A DNA stretch of 64,000 bases from Dimorphilus gyrociliatus (GCA_904063045.1 CAJFCJ010000006.1:310001-374000), one strand, 5' to 3'. Counted from the first letter of the stretch, positions 12,192-24,000 are shown. Notes: generated by a model from the letters alone, not told the origin. Program-made: numbers and translations.

Positions 12192-15000
12192 TTAAGCAAA
12201 TGGCTCTTTAAGTTTAGTAGATAAAAGCTCGTAGGCTCCAACCTGCGTTTGAATGAAAAAAATGCACTTCAATAAGACGGTATTAATGAGCGATATACAA
12301 AGACATGAAAGATTAATTGAAAATGCGATTACACAAAAATTTACATATCGAAGTGAAAATATTTTTTTGAACAATATGCCAATTTTCGTATAAAAGTTTA
12401 ATAGATATGTTAAGATATGCAGAAAATATGACATGTTAATAGCTTAAATATAATTTATTAATTACTCTCTATTCTACGTTGTTACTTTTAAATAAAACTT
12501 TTAACCTGCTATTGAAAATCTATCAAAGAAAAATTTATTGATTGCATTGGAATATACTTTTAGGAATATAATATGCCGGAAATATCCGTTACCAATTAAC
12601 ATATTTAGTAATCTTATTTATGTGAGATAAATGATCATCAAACATAACAATCTCCTTAGGTACTATAATTTACAAATATCGCCAATATATGCGTCTCTTT
12701 TGTAGATATCTTTTTATATATACTTGTATTTATCTTAAAATATCTTGTCTCTGCGTATTTTACTTGTTACAAAGATTTTAAATAGTTAATTTGGCGGTTT
12801 ATATATTTTATAGGCAAGCATATTTTACAAACCTTCATATTATAGACGGATATTATTCTGTTGCTCGTTATAAATTTTCCAAATTTCGGTTTGGACTGAA
12901 AATATCTCTTGTCGCCATATTTACCATCCGTATCGCCCGCTTAGAAAAATCATGGATTAAAATTCGTATGCTTATAAATATGATAAATAACAAAACACAA
13001 TTTACCTGGTTCGGAGAGGACTATTCCTATGTGAGTTCGATAATTTTTGGGCTCAACATATCCTATGAAAGCTACACAGGCTTCTTTTATTACTGGTTTA
13101 CCTCCTAAATACAAAAATAAATATTCAATCTGTAAAATATATACCGTCTTAAACTACTATTAATGCTGACCATTCTTATTACTGATATTGGCTGTAACTT
13201 TATCTCCGATTGTGAAAAATTTCAAACGCTCTTTATCTGCTCGAATCAATCGAGAGGATAGTGGCGGTGATCGAGCAGGATTAGGTCTAGAACCAGGTGG
13301 AGAGTTTAGTAAACCTAACTGCTCATACGGTGAGTTTGGAAGAGATATTCTTTGAGCATTTGCCCTATGCGGAGCTGATTTAATACGTATTTTCTTGAGT
13401 TTAGCCGTATCCAATTTACTATCACTGGCAGTTTTAGGTCTTGAGCATCGTGCATCTTTTTTATTTTCGTCTGACAATAGAGTTTCTAAAAGACTTTCTG
13501 ATTTTCTATCAGATACGCTGGTCTCGATATAAGTATTTTGGTTGGTTGAGGGTCTGGGCTCTGCGTTTTCGTCTATTTCTTTCAGTAACGACCTTTCAGC
13601 TTGCCCGTTCATTTTCCGTAATAAAGAATCCTTTCCGGCTAAAAGTCGACGTAAAGTGTTAATTTCAAGTTTTGCTCTTTCTAACTCTTCCTGCTGACTA
13701 TTCTGCTCATTAAGATTATTTTCTAATCTCTGTTGACATTTGAATCAATTTTGTTATAATTAACTGATCTACTCTTACCTTAACATTTTCCCTATATTCT
13801 CTATTTGACAAACGAGAATGCTGCAACAACAAGTCCTTATTTTTAGACTCATTTTTTAGTCTTTCTATTTCATTATTCTTTTCTTGGATTTCGTCTTCAA
13901 GAATAGGAATTCTTGCCAGTTTCTTTTTAAAAAAATAAACAAAAGAGAATGTAAATATATTTTTTAAAACAAATGATGAAAACGACGTACTTGATCAATT
14001 TTATCATTTCTAAACAACTCCTCTCTTACCTGAGCTTTTAAGTCTAATATTTTGTAATCTTGATTCTTTAATCGAAGATTAGCCTCCTGTCAAGAATATA
14101 TTTATCGTGTTTAATAATATATATATTACCAGATTAATTGTGGCAATTAACTTTTAATTTTTTCTGGCATGTCTCTAAACTTTTTTTTGTTGATCGCAGT
14201 TCAGCCTCAGAAGCAGATAAAGATATTCTAACGTTAAGACATTAAAAAAAATATTAAATATCAAAAAGGTGCTAATCATTAATTATTGTCCTTTATCCTT
14301 TTAACAGAAAACTACTTACTGTGTATTTTCAAGGTTCTTTTTCAACGAATCTAGTGTTATTTCTAACCTGTCCGTTTCACTTGAGGCTCTATTAGCTGTT
14401 CAATTAGATATACATTAAACCTTATACCATTTCTAAATATCAAAGAAATATATATTAAGTCAATGAATAAGGAATATTTCATGCCTTTTGCTTCAAGTTT
14501 TATAACTTTATCCTCCATTTTTTTATACTCAAACTCCATTTTATCAGTAGATTCAGTTTTTTTCTTGTTATCCGTGCGTAATTTATCATTGTTACTCTCG
14601 GCTCTATTCAATTTAGTTAATAACTCATCCAATTCCAAACGTAATTGTCTTTCACTGGTTTCTAATAACTCAATACAGGATTTTTTCTCTTTCAAGTCTA
14701 ATCGAAGGCGTTCATTTTCATTCTTAACTAAATCTAATTCATTGTCCCTGAATAAAGAAGACTTGAAATAAGTATTATTCAATCTGATTTTCACAGCAAA
14801 CTATTATAACATAAAACGTTATTATCATTTAATTAAAGAAAAATAATAATACTGTTTTTGTAAATCGAATTAAAGATAGTTTTTTACCTAGTACACTTAT
14901 TCTGCTTGTATTTGCTAATAACCTGCTTAGCTAGATTGTTTATAGATGAGTTCAGTTTAAGCCTATTCTCAAATATGTCAGGACGATTTCCGACCGGCAT
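12192..15000 (-). CDS. Coiled-coil protein with C-terminal CAP-Gly domain; true start may lie further upstream
   Basis: Phase-consistent exons from ATG 15000 pass through heptad-rich segments (DNELDLVKNENERLRLDLKEKK..., RLENNLNEQNSQQEELERAKLEINTLRRLL) and a Ser/Pro linker. Exons ending 13170, 13104-13006, 12939-12833 and 12242-12192 give IGDKV...VAFIGYV...IGIVLSEPAGDTDGKYGDKRYFQSKPKFGKFI, a CAP-Gly pattern. Confidence 0.75.
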
Positions 15001-15512
15001 AATAAATCTTATCGTTAAAACTTGTATAGAAAACTATAAATGCCAGTAAGAACACAGGAAAAAGTTATAGCGACATCTCCGCTACGTCGTAAAGTGAAAA
15101 GCTTTAAAAGTATCGAAACGTGAATATATTGAACAAAAGTAAACGTTTCAAGGAGCTAATATGTACACTTTTTATTTTTTATATACTTTTAAATCAATTT
15201 ATGTACTCAGGTTGGTCTCTGAATTATGAAATATGCATATTAATCACTGAGAGGATTACCACTTCTTTCGCTTAGACTACTTTTACATACAATATATAAT
15301 ATATCGGTATATAAAATATGTTAAGAAATAGGAATCAAACAAGTTAGAAGTTGAATTCAGTCTAATAAAAAGAAATCTAGGAAAATATTTGCTAATGGAA
15401 ATGTTAAAGCCGCTTCTTACGAACACATTATTGGCGGATAAATAAGGTTTAGGTCGATAGGTAAGGAAAAAACAAGCTCCTAATACAAGCAAAAGCGCCT
15501 TATAAGTCTTAC

Positions 15513-15789
15513 TTTTCGTCAATTGACTTTATGGCTCGAATAACGTGATCCGGTACGTCTTCTTGTTTCTCTCCAGTAGTTCTATTTACCCAAAAAGTAC
15601 CAAGTTCAGGGCTTTGCATTAAAGACCACTCTTCGTTCTATATTAAAATATATAAATATATCTTACAATGATAAAATATCCTTGATGAAAGTTCTCTTTA
15701 TCTTATTTTTAAAGAAATAATATGCATCTTTTCCTTACAACTGATGTTTTTTTCTTTTTAATAAAGGTCACAGATTTTCTTCTGTTCAT
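15513..15789 (-). CDS. Two exons encoding a basic N-terminus and a WW-like motif; either a small gene or the 5' end of the CAP-Gly gene
   Basis: 15789-15739 (MNRRKSVTFIKKKKTSV|gtaagg) joins in phase 0 to 15637-15513 (NEEWSLMQSPELGTFWVNRTTGEKQEDVPDHVIRAIKSIDE, ending AA|gtaaga). The W-x10-FWVN-x-TTGE-x-Q-x-x-x-P spacing resembles WW domains. Confidence 0.5.
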
Positions 15790-16455
15790 TCTGTGTTGTT
15801 TTTCTTATAAATTTCTGGCAACCATTTAACAATAAAGGATCGAATATAAATAAATCGCATTGATTGGATTTATAATCGATCAATATTGATATCAAGAGCA
15901 TAAACTTGTACGTACTTCGGTATTAATTATAATTCTTCAAGATAATACCAATAAGGGATTAAAGCTGATTAAAATCAGATGAAAGAGATTCTCATATTTT
16001 TATAAAGTGGTATTAGAAATCCTAAACTCTCATTACCTCGAATTTTAATGTCGATTGCAAACTATTTTTTGATGTTGTTCTTGACACCGAGCGTTTATAT
16101 TTTGCCATGTTAAAATCCTATTGGCGTTCAATCAAGCGGCCGACGCATAGATTTTCAACAAACTAACATTCGTTGAGTGATACCGCGCTTTTCATTGTAT
16201 GTTGTCCTATGGTATTGTGAATCATTGAAATCAGTATTTACTTTATTGAGCTGATAATAAAGGAACGTATTTGTCTTGCAGTCGTAACGACTACTACTTA
16301 AGTTATTCTCGTTAATTTACACTCGACTTTAAAGGCTTATGAATTACAAGCTCTTCCGGAAGATATTTATTAACACTAAAATAACGATAACCAAGTGCCA
16401 TTAATATTCAACATATTCAATAACAATATAATAACTAATTCAACATATACAATAA

Positions 16456-18475
16456 TTAGGCACACCAGCGATTGTCTTGAACACATTTTCCTCTAAACCA
16501 GAGAAATAACAATTTATTTTTTTCCGACAATTTGTCAAAATACGTATCCTTCTTCCAACTTAGAGCATTTTTTTGATTGCCAAACGGCGGAGGGAAAACA
16601 CGGCGCCATCTGTAGTTGATCAAGTAGTTAATTTGTGATAGATATACAAATGTCAATAACTAATTAACAAACCTATTCCGATTCATGTGTTCCTTATATG
16701 CTCGTTGTAGATCAGACGATATTTCTTGATTTAAACACCATTTACATAACTGACACTCCTATAAAAGAATAATTTACTATTTAAAAGTTTCTTAAGGAAA
16801 GTACAAAGGATGAAGAATGCAGCAACTCACAATGATAGCGCAGTTTTTGGTGCATTGAGGAGAATCACAATGTTCAATATTCACATGTATATCTCTTTCT
16901 GAAATTTGCATTTCGTATGCGTGCCTAGATCTGGAAAAACTCCCCATGAAACATATAAAACATTGGAAAACATTAGTATTTAATTAGCTAATTAACTTAC
17001 GTTTTAATCCAATTATTCGCTACAGTTTTGGCTACTCCTGTTAAACTAAACATGCTATATAGAACTTGCTCATATAAAAGTCTATTTTGAGAAAAATGTG
17101 CAGTAGAGAGGTTTGGAGACATATTAACCTATCGGAGAGTAAACATTAAGAGAGTGATTTATAATTAATTTAGCATTCCTATGGATATATAAATACAGTT
17201 TTATTTACCTCCATTAGATAAACATTAAGATCTTTATCAACAACGAAATCAAAACGAACCATTTCGAAAAAGTTTCTAGAAATGATATAATATTTTGTTG
17301 TTTATTTTGATATAATGTATAAAGATACTTTTTCTACTTACGATGTGCCACCGTACGACGACATAGATCTAATAAGAGAAGATACTTTTGAAATATAAAC
17401 GTTTCTGATAGCCTCATGTATTTGGTTAGTTAATTTTATGACGCTATCATCTATTTGAATTACAATTAGAGTTAACATTTGTAATCATGAATAAGGGTTT
17501 CCTTTAATACTTACTTTTACTTCTAACAAAATGAAAAAAAGATTCTCGATGTGTAAACATTAAATCAGTATAAGCCTTTTTTAGAGAAGGCATTTTCCAA
17601 GTTGGTGTATAGTCATCGCCCACGACATATTTTTTAACATCTGCAGCATCAAAAGGGTAATAATCTTTGGCGCAGTACCTCATTAACCAGTCTCCGTCAA
17701 AAATATATACTCGTAACGGATCGACTGATACTAAAGTTGTGTATATTCCTATATCGAATCTCCTTAACATTAAAAAGAAAACATTCTATATTATAATCTA
17801 CTATTACATGCAGTATTTTACTGACTTTCCATCAATCAAATAGGGATTATCAATATATTCCTGAACAAATGTATTCCCAGTTGAGAAATCCAACTCATCA
17901 ACACTTCTTATCCGTATTCCGCGATGATTATTACTCTTTTGTACCCATTTTTTTAAAGGATATTTCTTTGCATATTTAAAAAAAGCATCTTTTTCCGAAG
18001 GTATTTTAAAAGCTTTAGGAGCTTGTTTAATATTTGAAGTAGCAAGAGATAGTTTGTTAGTTATCCACCCTGAACCCGGGAATTTATTAACCATTTGATG
18101 GGACTTAAGTGAATCTAAACCTTTCACAGAACCAAAAGGATAATCATGCGCCCACAGTAAATCCCAATTGGAATTGTTAGTGCCTCTAACATAACCGACG
18201 CGTTCGAGCACTCTCATAACATGATCTAGGTAACCGGAGTCGATTTGCTTTCCAAAGATCCAATAAACTGGTGATTTCTTACTAAAACTCTCACTAACCG
18301 CTTCTGGATTTGCAATGTGTAAATTCAAGTGATCCATTTGCAATTTTCGAAGTTCGTAAATATTCAAGAAAGTGACAAAAGACCCTAAAACCAAGGCAAC
18401 TATAACAATTTGAAAGAGTGCCGATGGTCTTTTTATCTTTTTATAAAATTTATTATATTGCTTATTTTCCATCAT
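16456..18475 (-). CDS. Tubulin-tyrosine-ligase-family (ATP-grasp) protein, ttll-15-like, with N-terminal signal anchor
   Basis: Exon 1 (18475-17826) has WDLLW, QMVNKFPGSGWITNK, WVQKSNNHRGI and FVQEYIDNPYLIDG. Later exons give RFDIGIY, FFEMVRFDFVVDKDLNVYLME/VNMSPNLS, CQLCKWC...AYKEHMNR and WRRVFP...WFRGKCVQDNRWCA*. Confidence 0.88.
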
Positions 18476-19055
18476 TTATCTCTAATATGTTAAGTCATAC
18501 TCGAGCACCTACTTTACATAAAAGAAAAATAATAAAATATTTCATTTAGTTAGCAGCTTTATAAGATGTAAGACTTGAACTATTACCTGATAAAAAATGT
18601 ATAACCTTCGTAGAATGAGCTGTCATGAAATAAGAGAAAAAGCCATATATATTGCCATTTATTGATTAAGTAATGTGTTTACCAAACCACTCTTTGATAT
18701 CTATGGGTGCAGGGAAACCGTCTGTTAATAATAAAAGCGCGATCTAGCGGGGAATAACAACCAAGCACTTTCTTTCTGCAACCATATAGAACAGGATATT
18801 TACATATTGTTCACTAGGCTTACTTTTATAGTAATTACAGTATTCCTACAATAGTTACAAGATGTCTCTACTAGTGCCGGTATTGTAACCTGTTTCAATC
18901 ATCCATGTATGCCTAAATATTAACTTAGTGAATCTACTATTTATAAGTAAATGAAACGGAACGACAAGCTATAAACTGTAGAATGATTTGCATAGTTTAA
19001 TATCTGAATATGATGACATGATAGATGAAATTTGAAATAAGAAAAAAAAAAAAAC

Positions 19056-19493
19056 TTGATATCTATGCTACAGAAAACAAAGCACAGATCTATTTCACCC
19101 CCAATTTCTTACACGTCAGATAGCTCGAAATGGATGAAAAAAGTGAAAGAAAGTAGACGGTTTCTGCTTTTACTTTTATTTCATATAGCTCCTCGTACCG
19201 CCTCGCGATTAGAGATAGGGAGTGAACCGGAATATAATGTATTAGAGTTGGAAAAGAATGAAAGATTTAGACTTGGGTCAAGATCTTTTAGTCGGATCGT
19301 TTCTTCTTATAGACTGAATGAAGACGAAGAAGTAGAAAACGATTACATAACCACTGATCGAGCTTTTGAAGCTGTCCAACAAAGAGGTCAAACAGATCTC
19401 CTAGAATTACTCATCCGAACCGTTGATGATAGTCTACTATACGACGTTGTTCGCGTTCTAAGCGAAGCAAACAAAGGAGAACATGCATGTTAA
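19056..19493 (+). CDS. Hypothetical orphan ORF (up to 145 aa)
   Basis: 438-nt open frame in AT-rich DNA with slightly raised GC and protein-like composition (..TDRAFEAVQQRGQTDLLELLIRTVDDSLLYDVVRVLSE..). No family recognised; it may be the last exon of a spliced gene. Confidence 0.4.
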   Translation: MISMLQKTKHRSISPPISYTSDSSKWMKKVKESRRFLLLLLFHIAPRTASRLEIGSEPEYNVLELEKNERFRLGSRSFSRIVSSYRLNEDEEVENDYITTDRAFEAVQQRGQTDLLELLIRTVDDSLLYDVVRVLSEANKGEHAC

Positions 19494-19610
19494 ATAACTT
19501 AACAGAAAGGAATATAGTCTAATTAATTTATTCTTTAATTATATATCTCATTTATTTATATACGCAAAAAGTAACCATTTGCGTTTAGTTAATAACTTTC
19601 AGCTGTACAA

Positions 19611-20292
19611 TCATCGTCTAGTTCCAGAGTCTATTTTAGGTTTAGATTTCTTTTTAAAATGTAAACTTTGGTTGAACACTAACTTATCGCCTCCATGAGC
19701 AACATGACCCTAAGATATTTTGTCTAGTTAATAATCCTACTTACGAAAGAATGATTATGATAGACTTTGCAAACCTTATTAGCCAAAGAACCTATTTTAG
19801 ATTGCGCTTTATCCTTGAATTGGGTTCTTTTGTGAAATATCTTCTTATCTCCTCCTGCGGCTCTATGATTCACATTACTCATCGATCCCACTTTTGATTG
19901 GGCAGTTTTCTTAAAGTTTATATTTTTATTAAAGATCCTCTTTTCGCCTCCAAGAGGTCTATTGTAATTAATTAATTAATTAATATATTCAGCATAATCA
20001 GTTGTTATTTCAATAATATTAGACCGAAATTAGGATTATACAAGAAATATAATATAAACATAATATTGTCATAAAGTAATAATTAAATACGATACTCGCT
20101 TATGCTGTATATTTTTCAAAGAACCGATTTTGGATGTGACAGTTATAGTCCTAATATCAGTTATTTTTTTATTTGGCATTATCTTAATAAATTGTTTAGT
20201 CGTGTCTTAAACCTTGTTATTGTTCTATTTTGAGTATTATTTTTGCCCTTTTTTAAACATTTGAATTCGACATAATTTTTTTCCCCAGTCAT
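19611..20292 (-). CDS. Small basic tau/MAP2/MAP4-repeat microtubule-associated protein (about 137 aa; may have an upstream exon)
   Basis: Exons 20292-20213, 20150-20100, 19958-19775 and 19709-19611 total 414 nt. They give VTSKIGSLKNIQHKPLGG, AQSKVGSMSNVNHRAAGG, AQSKIGSLANKGHVAHGG and a fourth partial repeat KSKPKIDSG, matching the tau repeat consensus V-x-SKIGS-x-x-N-x-x-H-x-PGGG. Absent from the ORF track. Confidence 0.85.
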
Positions 20293-20976
20293 AGGCTTAA
20301 TAACCGGAAAATTTTTGTCGTCAACGAATATAACAAGCGCCCCCTGTTGAACAGTAAATTTTCCTTGTGTATACGTGAACAGGAACTAGTTTATAGTGTA
20401 TACATCAGATAAATAGAGTAATAGACGCCCCTCTTACAAGAAAAAGACGTACAGATTTGCACTGTCCGCCAGCCAATCAGCACAGTCTAATCTTCTTAGA
20501 CCGGTTCCCCCTACAAACGTCTTAACGAGGAACCGGAGTCCGTGTTTATTTTTACTGGAAAATCGACGCGATGAAAGAAAACTTGACGTTGGCTGATTTT
20601 TTTAAATGAGAAGTAAATGAGATAAGCCTTAAAGCATAACTTTAGTAAAAAGTCGTTACCGTCGATCGCTCTGGGTTGACGCTTATGAAAGATACCAACA
20701 TTTAAAGACGTCGAGAGCCTGGACAACGCAAGCAACTGTCCACTGTTTTAAATAAGTAATAAAGAAAAAATTAGATTAAAGAGCTACTCTGAAATAATAA
20801 ATTGGACATTTTGAAAGTAAAACAAAGACATTTGCGTTGCGCACATTGCAGGTGTGTCGTCTATTGATTTCTCCTCGCAGGAAGCATGGAACGGCAGCCT
20901 GAGCAGCCTGCCAAGTCACCGAGTACTCACTCTTCTATCTTCCATTTATACGGTTAGTAACAATCGATTTCGCCTT

Positions 20977-21048
20977 CTCTCTCTCTCTCACTCTCTCTCT
21001 CTCACTCACTCTCTCACTCTATCTCTATTTCACTCTCCGTCTCTCTCT
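20977..21048. repeat. Imperfect (CT)n/(CTCA)n microsatellite in the probable 5' UTR intron of the BAZ2 gene
   Basis: ctctctctctctcactctctctctctcactcactctctcactct... lies between a cg|gttagt donor-like site near 20952 and a ttttacag| acceptor at 21075. Confidence 0.9.
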
Positions 21049-21098
21049 GCTTATTGTTAGTCTTCTCTTTTACAGCATCTCGTGCGGCGGCTGCAACG

Positions 21099-24000
21099 AT
21101 GAACTATCCTTGGTTCTTACCGACTCACCCTTCTCTACTGGCGGCCAATTTCAATGGGGGGAGCTTTCCAAGGCCTTATCTACCACCAACTGGGGATTTC
21201 TGGAGAGATTTATATTCGAATCAGTTTCTACCTCAAGCTTATCCTGTCCCTACCTCCTCTTCCGCTTCTCATTATGATTCAGAACCCGTCCAAGAAGAAA
21301 GTCAGCCTGTTAAAAGGGCAAAGGTTGAGGATTCGCCTTCAAAATCATCCTCATCTTCGTCAGAATCATCTTCCTCTAATGATGAAGAAGAAGAAGAAGA
21401 AGAGCAAGAAGAGGAAGAACACGAGCAAGAGCCGGAAAAAGAAGACCAGCAACAACAGCAACAACAAAATTCTCCTCCGAAGCCTGTAAGCGCCTTTGAA
21501 TTACCACTCTCTCATGGTTGGAAACGACAAACGAAAATAAAAACAATCAATTCTCGGGGAATCGTTGGAGACGTTACTTACGTGACGCCTTGCGCAAAAA
21601 ATCTGAGATCTATGCCGGACGTTACTCGTTACCTCCAGAAGAAAGGAAATGGGCAGTTAACTAAGAGCAACTTTACCTTTAGTTCTCGGGTAAAAATAGG
21701 AGAATTTTATGACTGCAGAGAACCTAATTCAGAGTCGAATCAATGTCTGACTGCGGAAGATTTCAAAAGTTTACTAGAGTCTATGTCTAAGCGAAAGAAA
21801 TTATCAGCGAGAAGGGCTGACCAGCAAAGGAAATTAGAAGAAAAAAGATTATTGAAATTGCAAAGAATAGAGAAGCAAAGAGAACAAAAAGAGTTACGGG
21901 CTCAGCAAATCCTGCAAGAAAAAGCCAGGAGGAAAGAGCAGATGCACGCAGAAGCGTTGAGAAAAGCTCAAGAAAAGGAACAGAGAAGACAAAAGATACT
22001 ACTAATGAAAGAGAAGGAGCGTGAAAGAAAGCGAAATTGCACGTTATGTTGTCGAGCTTTAGAAGCCAGAAAGAAATTAGAGGAGAAGGAAAGATTGAAA
22101 ATTGAAAAATCCGAAGAGCATAGCAAAGAAATTCCCCGCTATGTTGATGACTTAACACTAAAAGATTCGAAGCCTTTTCCTTGCTTTGAACGAGTTGACG
22201 AGGATTTTACAGCAGAGACGTTCTCTTGTCTTCTTCAAATTTTCGAATTTATTCATACTTTTGCTGATACTCTAGGATTAGAATGTCTGCCTTCGTTTTG
22301 CAATTTAAAGGATATTTTAACTAAAAGAAATGCCTGCCATCCTTGCATTGTTCATCTGGTGAATTTTGTAAAAGTGGACCCAGGAGTACCAGAAAATGCA
22401 AAAATTACTAATGTTGAAGTCAATGAAACGAATGTTTTTGAAATACTGCAAACAGTGCTCGATTTGAGACTAACATCTTCTTCCCCATTCCACAACACCG
22501 GCAATTGGACATGCCTTAGTGTAGAAGAAAAATCGCGCGTATTGGCGTGTTTAATGGATGAATTACTTGTCTCTCGTGTTCTCATGGCAGAAATCGATCG
22601 CTCTGTAGAAGACGTAGCCATAGCTAGGCAAAACGTCATTTTATCAAACGCTCGCTTAAAGACTTTGAAGAATGGTGCTCTTAAACATGTGGCGGAAAGC
22701 GATCATGGATCTGACTCAGATTCCGACGGTAGCGAGGAAGAGAATGATGCTCAAATGAAATGGATGAGAGCGTGCCGAAGGGTAAGAGGTCTGGAATTAG
22801 GACAGGATAGATACTTTAGAAAATACTGGATTCTCTCCTCTGCCGGTGGAATATTCGTTGAAGGTATTGATACAGCCGAACCTGATTTATCCTTATCTTT
22901 CTCAAGAGATTCCTCTAAAACTGCTATTGGAAGTGTTTCCTCTCCGAAATCATTAAGTTCCGGTGAACTGACATCGAAATTTTTCGATACTCTTCAAAAT
23001 CTATTTCCAAATATTGATACTGCCACTGAAATTAGGAACTGGTTTTCCCTTCTCCCAAGATCATCTTGCCAAAAGGAAAGTGATTCCTTAGAACCTTCCG
23101 ACAACGATCAACCATTACCACTGACGGATAGTGTACGTAATGGTTGGTGGAGAATAGAAGATGCTGCGAAATTACACGAATTTATAAGTTGTTTAAATGA
23201 AAAAGGTGTTCGAGAGCATGGCCTGTGTTCAAATTTAAAAGTATTCGAAAAAGAAGCTTTTGCTTCTTTAGAACGTTCCTCAGCAGTCTTAAGTGGAAAA
23301 TTGTCGAGCAAATTGCCGAAGCACAATACTCTAAAGAGAGAAATTGTCATATTAGAAGAAGTTGAAGCATTAGAAGAGAAAATTTGCTCTTCGTCTTTGC
23401 AAGTAAAAGGTTGGCAATGGCCGCCTAAACTATCGACTAGTCCTTTCCTCGTTCCTTTGGGTAGTCCCTTAACGCCTCGAAAACGATATGCACTAGATGT
23501 TGCTCGGGAACGGTTGCTTGCCCTAGAAGCAAATCTCGAGAAACGTTACCTATTGCCACCCCTCGGAACGGTTGCTCAAGATGGTGAAATTCCGGACGGC
23601 GATAGCTCAGCCCTAAAAGCATGGCGATCGAGCGTCAGTTGCGCTCGATCCGTTTCAGCTCTAGGCGTTTGTATAAAAGAATTGAGAGACTGTGTAGCCT
23701 GGCACAAATCTATAATGAGAGTGTCATGTCAGCTGTGTATGAAGGACGAGGACGAAGCGAATTTGCTGTTATGCGACTGTTGCGACAAAGGTTTCCATAC
23801 ATACTGCTTCATTCCACCGTTAGAAAGCATTCCAGAAAACGATTGGTTTTGTCATCATTGTAGAGCAGCTTCTAAACACTTGCCCAAAGTATGCATTGCT
23901 TGCGGTAAAAGCGAACCGAAGCTAGTTGCTTGCCATATCTGTTCTCGGGCTATTCACGCCACGTGCATAAGGCCTTCAGTTTTACGTCTTCCACGATCAT

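Noticed and set aside
20511-21060. ORFs of 74 and 68 aa upstream of BAZ2
   Set aside because: They overlap the promoter (CCAAT at 20471-20480), the UTR and the CT microsatellite; the translation is low-complexity S/L/H.
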